From a virus, in UHGV virus genome UHGV-0120889: a stretch of DNA of 64,000 nucleotides, one strand, 5' to 3'. This document shows, one piece after another, positions 46,400 to 55,100 of this stretch. The position numbers and the translations under genes were made by a program. Below the pieces are notes generated by a model. It saw only the letters and a program-made list of their open reading frames with translations, had not been told where the DNA came from and searched no databases. Position 1 is the first letter of the stretch; every line of letters starts with the position of its first letter.

Positions 46400-47449
46400 A
46401 TGAATTTAACACCTCGCAGCACCATGGTACACGGCATGAAAGAAAAACAGAACGGTTTCGAACCTATGAGTAATAAAATGTTTGGTATGCCGGGTGGTAT
46501 TATGGAAACATACAGCTACCCAACACCTGTTGTTGACCACGTTCTTTATATCGACGATTTGGAAGACCTGCAGGATCATATGTCTCGTCTGCAGACGATC
46601 CGTATGGCTCAGCCGGAAGAAAGCATTCGGGTGATCATCAATAGCCCTGGGGGTTGCGTGAACATTGCAATGGCTTATCTACAGGCATTCCGCGAGTCTC
46701 AGGCAAGCGTTGTTGCACATGCTGAAGGGATGTGCTGCTCTGCGGGAACAATCTTATGGCTGGGTTGTAAAGAACGCACTGTGGCTCCGGACACAGAATT
46801 TATGTTCCACTACTATCAAGGTGGCACCTATGGTAATGGTGTGAACATGAATACTCAGGTCAGCTACTGGAAAAAACGTTTTGAACGCCTGATCGAAAAA
46901 TACTACGGTGGGGTGCTGACAGAAGATGAGATCGCATCCATCACAGCTGGTGGTGAAGTGTGGTTGGACGGAGAGGAGCTGGCAGCTCGAACTGGAGCCA
47001 TCGTTCTGGATGAAGGCAACATACAGCGCATCCAGAACGGACAAAAACCTAAAAAGCTTTTGGCAAAAGGTGATGAAGAAGGTGTGCTAGGTGAAGCAGG
47101 TCTTCCGGAGATTCACCAGTGCACCTCTTTAGATGAGCTAGTTCATGCTGTTGAATCTGCAAAAGCGGGTGGTTCGAAAGGTGATGTTCACACTGTGTTC
47201 CTGAACCTGCAGATGGAAAGTGGTGAGACCGTTAAGATTGCCTTAGGCGAGATTACCTCAGAAGATCTGCAGCGATTCTCTGTCGTTGAACTTCAAGACA
47301 TTCTGTCCCAATTGAAGACAACCCTGAACGGCGGTGAAGAGGTTAAGGTAAAAGATAAGACTCGCAAGCGTCTGGTGGACAATATTATTAAAACAGCAAA
47401 AGAGCTCAATGAAAAAATCCTGGGTGCAGGAATTGTCGAAGAAGCTTAA
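46400..47449 (+). CDS. ClpP-like serine protease (S14/S49 fold) with N- and C-terminal extensions
   Basis: INSPGGCV, GMCCSAGTIL (Ser) and FMFHYYQGG (His) align with ClpP catalytic core motifs. Confidence 0.65.
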   Translation: MNLTPRSTMVHGMKEKQNGFEPMSNKMFGMPGGIMETYSYPTPVVDHVLYIDDLEDLQDHMSRLQTIRMAQPEESIRVIINSPGGCVNIAMAYLQAFRESQASVVAHAEGMCCSAGTILWLGCKERTVAPDTEFMFHYYQGGTYGNGVNMNTQVSYWKKRFERLIEKYYGGVLTEDEIASITAGGEVWLDGEELAARTGAIVLDEGNIQRIQNGQKPKKLLAKGDEEGVLGEAGLPEIHQCTSLDELVHAVESAKAGGSKGDVHTVFLNLQMESGETVKIALGEITSEDLQRFSVVELQDILSQLKTTLNGGEEVKVKDKTRKRLVDNIIKTAKELNEKILGAGIVEEA

Positions 47450-47462
47450 ACATTAATTCTAA

Positions 47463-47487
47463 AGCCCTCTTCGGAGGGCTTTTATGA
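47463..47487 (+). terminator. rho-independent terminator
   Basis: AGCCCTC-TTCG-GAGGGCT hairpin followed by TTTATGAT. Confidence 0.55.
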
Positions 47488-47500
47488 TCTGGAGATTTGC

Positions 47501-48034
47501 ATGACTTGTGCTCGAAAACCTGATGAACAACGTAACGCCTACGATGAGTATGTGACACCGGAGTGGTGTGCAGAAGGGCTGTACGACCTTATTCCGTTCC
47601 CAGAAGACTGGACCTACTTAGAGCCTTGCAGGAATAGTGCCTCAGGTGTGTTCTACTCCCGTATGCCGTTAGGATCTGCATGGGGAGAAATCCAAGAAGG
47701 TGTTGACTATCTGAATACAGAATACAACCATGTTGACTGTATTATCACCAACCCACCATACAGTTTGGCTCGTGAGTTTGTAGACAAGGCGTTGAAAGAT
47801 GCTGACGTAGTTATTATGCTTTTGCGTCTTAATTTTCTGGAAAGCAAAGCCAGATTTGAATGGTGGCTTGATAATGCACCTACCACTGTGATCACAATAT
47901 CTAAGCGTCCATCTTTTCAATCAAATGGCAGAACTGACGGGCAAGCATATGCATATTTTGTGTGGGATAAGAAAAACCGTTTAGGCTTGCCGCCATTTAT
48001 GTGGTTGGCACCCCCAGAGGTAGACCTGAAATGA
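47501..48034 (+). CDS. small DNA N6-adenine methyltransferase-like protein (NPPY)
   Basis: Motif IV IITNPPY plus upstream YVTPEW; 177 aa. Confidence 0.55.
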   Translation: MTCARKPDEQRNAYDEYVTPEWCAEGLYDLIPFPEDWTYLEPCRNSASGVFYSRMPLGSAWGEIQEGVDYLNTEYNHVDCIITNPPYSLAREFVDKALKDADVVIMLLRLNFLESKARFEWWLDNAPTTVITISKRPSFQSNGRTDGQAYAYFVWDKKNRLGLPPFMWLAPPEVDLK

Positions 48035-48315
48035 AAATGAGTGCTAAGGACAAATTACACCAGCTAGCGCTAAAACGCCCTGTAACGCTCCCTGACGAGC
48101 TTAACTCCATTTATGATGCGATTGTAGGGGAGATACAAAATAAAGCGTTAGCAGGCTTTCTGGGGTGCGGATTTTCGATAAATCTACCCTCGCATCTCTC
48201 AGATTACTTCCCGCACATTGTTGGAGATTTAAGGGCAGGAGGTCTGCAGGTAGATGTTGTTGGCATCTCCCCAGAGAAAAATAATACGGTTGCCTACTTG
48301 ACAGTAACCTGGTAG
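48031..48315 (+). CDS. hypothetical protein
   Basis: ATG 48031 overlapping methyltransferase stop (ATGA). Confidence 0.4.
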   Translation: MKMSAKDKLHQLALKRPVTLPDELNSIYDAIVGEIQNKALAGFLGCGFSINLPSHLSDYFPHIVGDLRAGGLQVDVVGISPEKNNTVAYLTVTW

Positions 48316-48351
48316 TTGTGTATTGTTGTTTTCAACAAGAGGGGGTCATTT

Positions 48352-48591
48352 ATGTACAAGTCATTTTCAATCTACTCAAGACAGGCGAAACACTACACAG
48401 AGATCCTGATCACTCAGAAAAAATTTGTGGAAGGTGAGTGGGAATATCACCATAAAATGTTGCGTCCAGACTGGGTTTTTGATAGACTTATTGCTATGAT
48501 CCCTCTCGGAGAAGTATACCCTCTGACAGCCCATCGCGATGCTTGGGATTTAATTGATTACATAGATTCATTTAAGGAGCCTAGATTATGA
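48352..48591 (+). CDS. hypothetical protein
   Basis: ATG 48352 with GAGGGGG RBS. Confidence 0.4.
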   Translation: MYKSFSIYSRQAKHYTEILITQKKFVEGEWEYHHKMLRPDWVFDRLIAMIPLGEVYPLTAHRDAWDLIDYIDSFKEPRL

Positions 48592-48986
48592 AGATTGAGA
48601 TTACTAAAGAAGGTAAGAAAGTGTCCGGCAACTATGCAACAGTAATTCGGGATTTAATGTTTGAAGCCACCAAGATCGGTACATCTAAAGTTGGTCAAAC
48701 TGTTAGTGTGAAAAGTAATATCTCCACAGGAGAGAAGGTATTCATTGTGGTCAAAGGGCAGGATCCCGTGGAAGGAACAGTGGGCCGAGGTGGCTACCTG
48801 TGCATTTCTGAAGAGCCGCGTATGTTAGTGGCTGACGCTACTATGGGTGGGAAACGTGTGTGCGAGGCGGATGAGGTAATGATTATCCAACCTGTTGATC
48901 CAGATGACCCAGCAACTTGGGTGGTAGGAAATGAAATCTTCTCTTTAGAAGAGTTATCCTTCCCAGCACCGCGCTCTGTTCAGTAA
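48588..48986 (+). CDS. hypothetical small protein (MKIEIT N-terminus)
   Basis: ORF track. Confidence 0.45.
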   Translation: MKIEITKEGKKVSGNYATVIRDLMFEATKIGTSKVGQTVSVKSNISTGEKVFIVVKGQDPVEGTVGRGGYLCISEEPRMLVADATMGGKRVCEADEVMIIQPVDPDDPATWVVGNEIFSLEELSFPAPRSVQ

Positions 48987-49023
48987 TAATTTATCTTACC
49001 AGGGACGGTAGGTAGGAGGTAGC

Positions 49024-49257
49024 ATGAAAGTTAAATTTCTTACAGATTTAGGGTACCCTTCCTTGGTTGACTGTGTTGGTAAAATTGTGGAAGCAAAACG
49101 GCTATCTGCAAACGAGAATGTTGTCCTGGTTAAAGGGAAGGATTTACTAGCTGCAGGTGCAGAGTCTGGCAGGATCTCTCCTGATTATATGTATTACCTA
49201 TCTTTAAGTAATCTGCCAGAGCGAGGCGGTAAAGGCCTTGAAGTTGTGGAGGAGTGA
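49024..49257 (+). CDS. small acidic protein, paralog family member
   Basis: MKVKFLTD N-terminus and acidic C-terminus GLEVVEE shared with other family members. Confidence 0.45.
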   Translation: MKVKFLTDLGYPSLVDCVGKIVEAKRLSANENVVLVKGKDLLAAGAESGRISPDYMYYLSLSNLPERGGKGLEVVEE

Positions 49258-49787
49258 CAGGTATGCTTCTGATTAACTGGGAAGACCTCTATGGGGACAA
49301 AGACCCTGTTGCGTTTGTTGATCGTAGGTGGAGATACACTGAAGAACAACTGGCGGCAAAAAATTTAACTGCAAAACGCAGAAAGATCATCCAGTGCAAG
49401 TACAAATACGCACAGTTTGCTGCAAAAGTGTCTCCACAAATCGAGAGCTTTGTGCTTAAATTGTATGACGAGTACCTCAAATTCAAATTGGATTTTGTGC
49501 AGGTGTACCGTGCACAGGTACGACCAGATACCAACATATGTAGATGGAAGGTTGTTTGTGACGGTAAAGATTTGCCGCTCAGCTTGACAATTGAGTGGCG
49601 TTATGGGTATCATGAGTGTGGTCTGTATGATATTTGGGATGTCATTGTAGATCCTGCTAAGCACCTGAACACAGAGGAGCTGGAATATATCAATAAGATT
49701 ATTCTTGATATGTTTTTCAGCTACACCCGTGAAAACTCTGGGAAAGAACGGGATAATTTTCTTGACACCCTCAGCGACCATTTGTAG
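49254..49787 (+). CDS. hypothetical protein (177 aa)
   Basis: ORF track. Confidence 0.45.
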   Translation: MTGMLLINWEDLYGDKDPVAFVDRRWRYTEEQLAAKNLTAKRRKIIQCKYKYAQFAAKVSPQIESFVLKLYDEYLKFKLDFVQVYRAQVRPDTNICRWKVVCDGKDLPLSLTIEWRYGYHECGLYDIWDVIVDPAKHLNTEELEYINKIILDMFFSYTRENSGKERDNFLDTLSDHL

Positions 49788-49790
49788 TAT
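49762..49790 (+). promoter_or_regulatory. sigma70-type promoter (overlaps 3' end of previous gene)
   Basis: TTGACA (49762) - 17 bp - TAGTAT (49785). Confidence 0.45.
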
Positions 49791-49817
49791 ACAATTTAAC
49801 CTACAAAGGGAGGCCCA

Positions 49818-50045
49818 ATGAGTATAAATGTTGTGCTAATAGGTTACCTGGTAATATCCGTTATAACAGCGGTATTCTTGACAGGTATATGCATCGTGTC
49901 CAGACGAAGGGTGAAGTTTGATGATTTTATCACCATCATCACTGCTGCGCCTTTTTGGCCTGTTGTTATCTTCATCGTAATAATGTGCCTAGTTGATTAC
50001 TACAAGAATATCCGGAAGGAGAGTAGGGATGGAGACCACACCTAA
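49818..50045 (+). CDS. small membrane protein (two predicted TM helices)
   Basis: Hydrophobic stretches VVLIGYLVISVITAVFLTGICIV and IITAAPFWPVVIFIVIMCLV. Confidence 0.45.
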   Translation: MSINVVLIGYLVISVITAVFLTGICIVSRRRVKFDDFITIITAAPFWPVVIFIVIMCLVDYYKNIRKESRDGDHT

Positions 50046-50181
50046 AACTGTTTATACTGTTCTTAAAGAGATTGCGTTCTACGCAGATCTTAGCCAGGCA
50101 CCTTTATGGGAAAAGAGCATGTATTTAAAATGGTGCGTTAATTTAGGGAGACCTTCCAGTGTTTCAAGCCATGTTTATTGA
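50029..50181 (+). CDS. hypothetical small protein
   Basis: ATG 50029 with GGAAGGAG RBS; overlaps previous gene by 17 nt. Confidence 0.35.
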   Translation: METTPKTVYTVLKEIAFYADLSQAPLWEKSMYLKWCVNLGRPSSVSSHVY

Positions 50182-50278
50182 GATGCTATCTGGGGTATTG
50201 TTACTGGTAGCCATCTTAGGTGGTGCAGTTCTGATGTATAACTATCTTGAAAAAGGAGACAGCAATGGCAAAAAATAA
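50171..50278 (+). CDS. micro-ORF encoding hydrophobic peptide (35 aa)
   Basis: MFIEMLSGVLLLVAILGGAVLMYNYL; no clear RBS. Confidence 0.3.
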   Translation: MFIEMLSGVLLLVAILGGAVLMYNYLEKGDSNGKK

Positions 50279-50450
50279 ATCTTTAGAGCAGGCTGAAAAC
50301 CTTCTCCACGAGCTGGTAAAGGAGTGGAAAGTTGAATACTCAGATTTTAATGCACGAGAGGGTGAAGATTATTGGCCTACGGAGCGCTCAGAGGGCGAAT
50401 GGTATCAAGATTTTATAGAGTGGTTATATCAGACGTGCGATGAGGGGTGA
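50265..50450 (+). CDS. hypothetical protein
   Basis: ATG 50265 with AAGGAG RBS. Confidence 0.45.
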   Translation: MAKNKSLEQAENLLHELVKEWKVEYSDFNAREGEDYWPTERSEGEWYQDFIEWLYQTCDEG

Positions 50451-50908
50451 CGATGTTTGTTAAATATGTAAAAACGTGCCTCAACAGTCTTGGCAGAGAG
50501 CATTGGTACACCTTACTTGAAAAAGGAGAAATTTTAACAAAATCTGGAAAGATAACTTTGATACCCTTGGACGATAAAGACCCGTCACTCCTTGTCATAG
50601 ATGATTACGTTACAGGTGTGTCGTACGAGGTCTCTGTGGAGAGGTTAATACGCAGAGCTGGCGGCCCTTATGACCGAAGAGAGTATATTTTCGATTCTGT
50701 TACAGAGAAGGAAGATCCGTCTCTAATGTTCAGGATGGTAATCAGGGATATGAAATCATCTATAAATAGGATCGTAAAGGACATTAAGGAGCCTTTTAGG
50801 GTAAAAGTTAAGAAGTTTTTTGATTCTAAGATTAACATACTTGCCGTTGTGCTAGGCGTAATTCAACTTCTGTTAATTTTGCACTATCTTGAACTGTTGT
50901 TTAAGTAG
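50447..50908 (+). CDS. hypothetical protein with C-terminal TM segment
   Basis: ORF track; C-terminal NILAVVLGVIQLLLILHYL. Confidence 0.45.
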   Translation: MTMFVKYVKTCLNSLGREHWYTLLEKGEILTKSGKITLIPLDDKDPSLLVIDDYVTGVSYEVSVERLIRRAGGPYDRREYIFDSVTEKEDPSLMFRMVIRDMKSSINRIVKDIKEPFRVKVKKFFDSKINILAVVLGVIQLLLILHYLELLFK

Positions 50909-50968
50909 TGTGCAATAAGGCACAAAGGATGTGCCATAACTAAATAAACTAAGAAAGAGGTAGAGAGA

Positions 50969-51316
50969 ATGCCAAAGATTAAATCGATATTAATGTGGGT
51001 AGCTGTTGTAGCTTTTGTAGGATACTGGACTTGGGAAACTGAATTAAAAGATATTGGATATACTAGTTTTGAGAGCAAGGCGTGCATTGGTATAACCGAT
51101 GCGTTCAGGCAAAATGCTATGGATCACGAATGTGTTGATGCAGATATAGATGAGAAACTGTCTAAGGACAAAGATTTTTACCATGGGCATGCTTTGCTTG
51201 ATAGTGGTGATACTGTAGAGTTCTGGTCGTGGTTCCGTGAAGATGGAACAATAAAAACAGCAGTAAAGATCTCTAACAAAGAGTTAATGCTGTTGCAGCA
51301 GAAGGAGGCTCAATGA
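50969..51316 (+). CDS. hypothetical protein with N-terminal TM/signal segment
   Basis: AGAGG RBS; N-terminal ILMWVAVVAFVGYW. Confidence 0.45.
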   Translation: MPKIKSILMWVAVVAFVGYWTWETELKDIGYTSFESKACIGITDAFRQNAMDHECVDADIDEKLSKDKDFYHGHALLDSGDTVEFWSWFREDGTIKTAVKISNKELMLLQQKEAQ

Positions 51317-51600
51317 TCTGGATATCCTATGCTGATGGCACCATGCTGTATACTGCAGGTACCAGATATGAAGTTCAGGAGAACGATAAAAAATTTATCG
51401 TAAGAACATTTGACAAGGACGACAACCTTTTGCTAGAATTGACTTACAAGGTTGGAGAGGTATCCAATATCCAATTGGATTGTGGTCATAAAGATAATCC
51501 ACTCAAAAAACCTGGAATAGGCAAGGCTTCAGAAGAACGTTTGTCTCGTATTGCAGAAAGCGTTTCTACACAAAAATCTAAGAAGGGGACTAGAAAATGA
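51313..51600 (+). CDS. hypothetical protein
   Basis: ORF track; coupled overlap. Confidence 0.4.
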   Translation: MIWISYADGTMLYTAGTRYEVQENDKKFIVRTFDKDDNLLLELTYKVGEVSNIQLDCGHKDNPLKKPGIGKASEERLSRIAESVSTQKSKKGTRK

Positions 51601-51791
51601 AAAACTTACGTTTTAACACTTATTACTACAACACATTGAATGATTTGTACTATATTGTTCGAAGTAAAAGTCCTGAAACAGTCCTATTCTGCCGTGAACC
51701 TTTCAAAGGGGAGGAAGTAGAGTCTGAGATGAATGTTAGCCAAATCACCTCTTTGTTGCTCTCAGGCGCAATGGAAGAAGCAATATTCTAA
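51597..51791 (+). CDS. hypothetical protein
   Basis: ORF track; coupled overlap. Confidence 0.4.
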   Translation: MKNLRFNTYYYNTLNDLYYIVRSKSPETVLFCREPFKGEEVESEMNVSQITSLLLSGAMEEAIF

Positions 51792-51809
51792 ACCGGGCGG
51801 GAGGGTTTT

Positions 51810-51995
51810 ATGAAGCACTATTGCCTGTCTGGTAGAATGGGTGCAGATTGTGATTGGGTTTTCTTAAAACTTGTCAGCATTCGAGAGTTCATCCCAGAGG
51901 AAGAGCAAGAAAGCGAGCTGATGTCATGGATCAACCATTATGGTAACACTTTTCGACATGTTAAGGTAGAAGAGTTGCCAAGCGAGGCTGATTGA
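51810..51995 (+). CDS. hypothetical protein
   Basis: ORF track. Confidence 0.4.
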   Translation: MKHYCLSGRMGADCDWVFLKLVSIREFIPEEEQESELMSWINHYGNTFRHVKVEELPSEAD

Positions 51996-51997
51996 CT

Positions 51998-52087
51998 ATG
52001 ATTGCATCAATATTAACGTTTATGGGTGGCGTGGCATTCGGATTCATTGTTTGCCTGTTTATAGTGATTATGTCTATGCGAGGCTGA
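51998..52087 (+). CDS. micro-ORF encoding hydrophobic peptide (29 aa)
   Basis: MIASILTFMGGVAFGFIVCLFIVIMSMRG; fills gap between genes. Confidence 0.35.
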   Translation: MIASILTFMGGVAFGFIVCLFIVIMSMRG

Positions 52088-52090
52088 ATT

Positions 52091-52387
52091 ATGAAACTTT
52101 TTGAGTGGTTTAAAAAGTTTAAATATAAAGCTGTAGCCATCGTGCCGTGGTCAATTCAGTGGGTTGATGAAGGTGGTCTACCAATACCTGGTGACAAAGA
52201 TACTGGGTACTGGATTATGATGGAGAACGGGTTTGGAAAGCGAAAGTATACGTGCACAAACTCTACTCGATCTGCACTTAATAGAGTGCCTGGTTACAAA
52301 CTTATGGTTGTGTGGAAAATGTCAGGCGTCCCTCCAGCCAATGCTCAATTTCTTACTGACAATCCTACCACGGTAGAGGAAGATTGA
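52091..52387 (+). CDS. hypothetical protein
   Basis: ORF track. Confidence 0.4.
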   Translation: MKLFEWFKKFKYKAVAIVPWSIQWVDEGGLPIPGDKDTGYWIMMENGFGKRKYTCTNSTRSALNRVPGYKLMVVWKMSGVPPANAQFLTDNPTTVEED

Positions 52388-52671
52388 TAATGAAAAAGAT
52401 TAACAGTAGTGAAGTCGAGTTTAAACTTGTCGGAAAAGGCACTTACTGGGAAGTTCGTCAAAAGGTATATTTGTTCGGTCTTATTCCTTACTGGTCTAAA
52501 TTCTACTGGGGAGCTAACGAGTGGGGAAGATACGCCACCAAATCAATGGCACTTATTGGTATAGCAGAGTACATTGCAGCCAGAGATAGGGTTGGAGACA
52601 CTTATTACTATACTGCGGACGATATTCGTAACAGTGTTTACGTCCCACAACCACCTGATAGAGACCGTTGA
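52384..52671 (+). CDS. hypothetical protein
   Basis: ORF track. Confidence 0.4.
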   Translation: MIMKKINSSEVEFKLVGKGTYWEVRQKVYLFGLIPYWSKFYWGANEWGRYATKSMALIGIAEYIAARDRVGDTYYYTADDIRNSVYVPQPPDRDR

Positions 52672-52882
52672 TGAAAGTTAAAGTTTTAGATTCAAGCTTC
52701 TATATTGGTCAGGAGCCCTTAGTGGGGAAGTGTTTACTGCTGTCCCTAACGAAGATTACCCCGACCTTTTAAAAATAAAAGGAGCAGACCTGATCACCGC
52801 TGGTGCACCTGAATATTATTTCGGGGAAGAGTCCTATTATACCTTTGGGGTAGGGTCAGATGCAGATATTGTAGAGCTGTGA
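52671..52882 (+). pseudogene. frameshifted member of the small acidic protein family (or programmed -1 frameshift)
   Basis: 33-codon ORF MKVKVLDSSFYIGQEP... stops at 52770; -1 frame continues KIKGADLITAGAPEYYFGEESYYTFGVGSDADIVEL with family-type C-terminus; junction in TTTTAAAAATAAAA run. Confidence 0.4.
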
Positions 52883-52894
52883 TGGGTAACCGTT

Positions 52895-53293
52895 GTGAAA
52901 AATAAACTGTTCAAAGTTACAATGAAAATTCGCGGAGCTTGGAGCGTAAAGCAAGGGCGTATTCCAGAATTTGAGAAAGACTTCTACGTAGTCTCCACCT
53001 CGGAGGAGGCTGCATGCTGGCAAGCTGGCTATGCCTATGCAAGAACCTGGTACGAAGGATACCAGACTGGGGGCTATGACGGAGAAATTATCAGCAAGGG
53101 TGTAGAAGAAATTAATGTGTTGACAAGTGAAAAAGTTTTTGTTATAGTGCATCCAGATTCCAGAGTGAAGCATTACTGGAATGCCAGAACAAAAACTTGG
53201 ACACCGTTTGCAGATTCTGCTACGCCACTTTTAAACCAGAAAGCTCTTGACTCTGCCCCAAGTTATGGGGTTGTTGAAGAAAAGCTAAACTGA
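52895..53293 (+). CDS. hypothetical protein, paralog of 55100..55495
   Basis: Shared C-terminal motif HP.S...YW.....WTP....AT.L with 55100..55495. Confidence 0.45.
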   Translation: MKNKLFKVTMKIRGAWSVKQGRIPEFEKDFYVVSTSEEAACWQAGYAYARTWYEGYQTGGYDGEIISKGVEEINVLTSEKVFVIVHPDSRVKHYWNARTKTWTPFADSATPLLNQKALDSAPSYGVVEEKLN

Positions 53294-53310
53294 AACAGTG
53301 AGGTGCCACT

Positions 53311-53601
53311 ATGATGGATTTAGTTCTGAATATTGATAACGCAGGAGAGCTTAAAGACGATGGTGTAACAAGCATGGACAAACCCTGCTCTGCCGAGGTT
53401 GACTCAAAATGGACCTACAAGTTTGACGGAGAGATCTTCGCAAATGATGAGAAGGTTGTAGATGCTGCAGCCATTTTGAACGCTTTAGGGTACGACCCTG
53501 TGAATTCTTTGATCAAGGATCCTGTTGAGTTTGCAGAGTATGTTCGAAAAATGGCAGATCTTGCTGTGGATATTTTAAAAACTATCGATAACAAGCTGTA
53601 A
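53311..53601 (+). CDS. hypothetical acidic protein
   Basis: ORF track; AGGTG RBS. Confidence 0.4.
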   Translation: MMDLVLNIDNAGELKDDGVTSMDKPCSAEVDSKWTYKFDGEIFANDEKVVDAAAILNALGYDPVNSLIKDPVEFAEYVRKMADLAVDILKTIDNKL

Positions 53602-53607
53602 AAACTG

Positions 53608-53636
53608 TTGACACAACGCTTCAGATTTAGTATCAT
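53608..53636 (+). promoter_or_regulatory. sigma70-type promoter
   Basis: TTGACA (53608) - 17 bp - TATCAT (53631). Confidence 0.55.
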
Positions 53637-53683
53637 TGTTTTCAAAGAGGGTTTGGTTCCCTCTTCTTTAAAAGGAACACGTT

Positions 53684-54001
53684 ATGCAAATTGAAATCAC
53701 TGGCAACGTAGAAATCACTGAAGGTATGGTGTCTTTCATTTCCCACAAAATGTCTAAGCTGGAGCGTTTGCACCCCTCTGCCAACTATGCACGTGTGAGT
53801 GTAAAAGTTGAAAATGATCACCAGGAAGTTATGGCGTTCATTTTTGACAATTCCGGAAAAGAAGTTATTGCCAAAGCTAAAGGTAGCGATGCTTACGAGG
53901 CAACTGACCGTATGGTAGATGTTGCAGCACGTCAGCTGGCTAAATGTGGTGGAAAGAAAGGTAAGGGGAAAGGCAAAGTAAAGATTGACTTTGTAGAATG
54001 A
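53684..54001 (+). CDS. ribosome hibernation promoting factor / RaiA (YfiA) homologue
   Basis: MQIEITGNVEITEGMVSFISHKMSKLE...AKGSDAYEATDRMVDVAARQLAK matches HPF/YfiA family pattern (ITG..EIT....KL....D.Y.A.D....RQL.K). Confidence 0.7.
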   Translation: MQIEITGNVEITEGMVSFISHKMSKLERLHPSANYARVSVKVENDHQEVMAFIFDNSGKEVIAKAKGSDAYEATDRMVDVAARQLAKCGGKKGKGKGKVKIDFVE

Positions 54002-54138
54002 GGTGCTACAATGAGCGTGATTAAGAAATTAGTCCCAAATGTAGAGATTGCATGCTTTGAAATTATGTTTGCAATCGCAGTTGTAGTTAATGTGTTAGGT
54101 TACGGCTATTAATATCAAATAATTGAGGAGACCTCTAA

Positions 54139-54408
54139 ATGAAAATTAAATTATTCAAAACTGAGCTGGCAGACAAAAACTGTGGACTGGTTGAAGGCAT
54201 GATTGTTGAAGCACAACCAGTGGACTATATGAAGGTGGTTCGTGATGCCCTGGGTGAAGGTTTTGATCTGATGGAGCCAGCTCTGCGAGAAGATGTTATC
54301 GAGATGGCTAAAAAGCACACACCTGAGGGTTTGGTGGTGTTTGTTGCACCTGGTAATGGAGAAGAGTTGATTGTAACTCCTGATGTGTATGAGATTGTAG
54401 AGGAATAA
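54139..54408 (+). CDS. small acidic protein, paralog family member
   Basis: MKIKLFKT N-terminus; C-terminus TPDVYEIVEE. Confidence 0.45.
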   Translation: MKIKLFKTELADKNCGLVEGMIVEAQPVDYMKVVRDALGEGFDLMEPALREDVIEMAKKHTPEGLVVFVAPGNGEELIVTPDVYEIVEE

Positions 54409-54499
54409 TCCTGCTTGGATTAGCATACTTCCTCGCTAAGGAAGATTTGTAATTATTTGTGGGAAAGGAATCCCAATCTCTTACCAGAGGTGATACTAT

Positions 54500-54763
54500 A
54501 TGATTGTTTATTTTAAAACTTCAGGTGGATACCCTGATTCTCAAAGCTTGATCGGAAAAACGTGCACAGCATACTCACCTCTTGATGAGGAGGTAAGTGA
54601 TATTCTACGAAATATGTATCGGATTGACCCCCAAGAAGCTTTTGATCAAAACCTTGTATTTGTCAAGGGCTCAGACATGAAGTCTTTGGGAGCATTCCCT
54701 GAAGCAGATGATGATGCCGTTTATTCGTTCATGACTCCTTTTGAAGCTATGGTTGTTGGGTGA
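54500..54763 (+). CDS. hypothetical small protein
   Basis: ORF track. Confidence 0.4.
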   Translation: MIVYFKTSGGYPDSQSLIGKTCTAYSPLDEEVSDILRNMYRIDPQEAFDQNLVFVKGSDMKSLGAFPEADDDAVYSFMTPFEAMVVG

Positions 54764-54767
54764 TAAT

Positions 54768-55100
54768 ATGAAAGTACGCTTTATTGGTGAAACAATTCCT
54801 GTGCATCTCCGGTCTCCTGAGGATTCTGCAGATCTTGCATCTCAAAAGGCGAGAGGTTATGATAAGAAAGTAACCTCAACTGATGTAGTGCTTGAGGCTA
54901 CTAGTCTACCTGACCCTGCTGCATTCTTTAATCATTATGGGTACTATTTCAGCAATCTGATGAATATCGGTGAGCTTGTGTTTATTAGTGGTGGAGAGAT
55001 TGTTAGCAAGCTTGGCGGCGATCCGGATGTCTTTCATGAAACCTGTCCTTTTGCATTTGTGGTAGGTTCAGATGTGGAAGTTATTGAGGAGGTGCGGTAA
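54768..55100 (+). CDS. small acidic protein, paralog family member
   Basis: MKVRFIGE N-terminus at internal ATG 54768; C-terminus SDVEVIEEVR. Confidence 0.4.
   Translation: MKVRFIGETIPVHLRSPEDSADLASQKARGYDKKVTSTDVVLEATSLPDPAAFFNHYGYYFSNLMNIGELVFISGGEIVSKLGGDPDVFHETCPFAFVVGSDVEVIEEVR

Noticed and set aside
46400-47449. ClpP-like gene as the ordinary prohead protease
   Set aside because: It sits on the opposite strand 34 kb from the head module, which already contains an HK97-type protease candidate; kept as a separate early-region protease, though this needs experimental confirmation.
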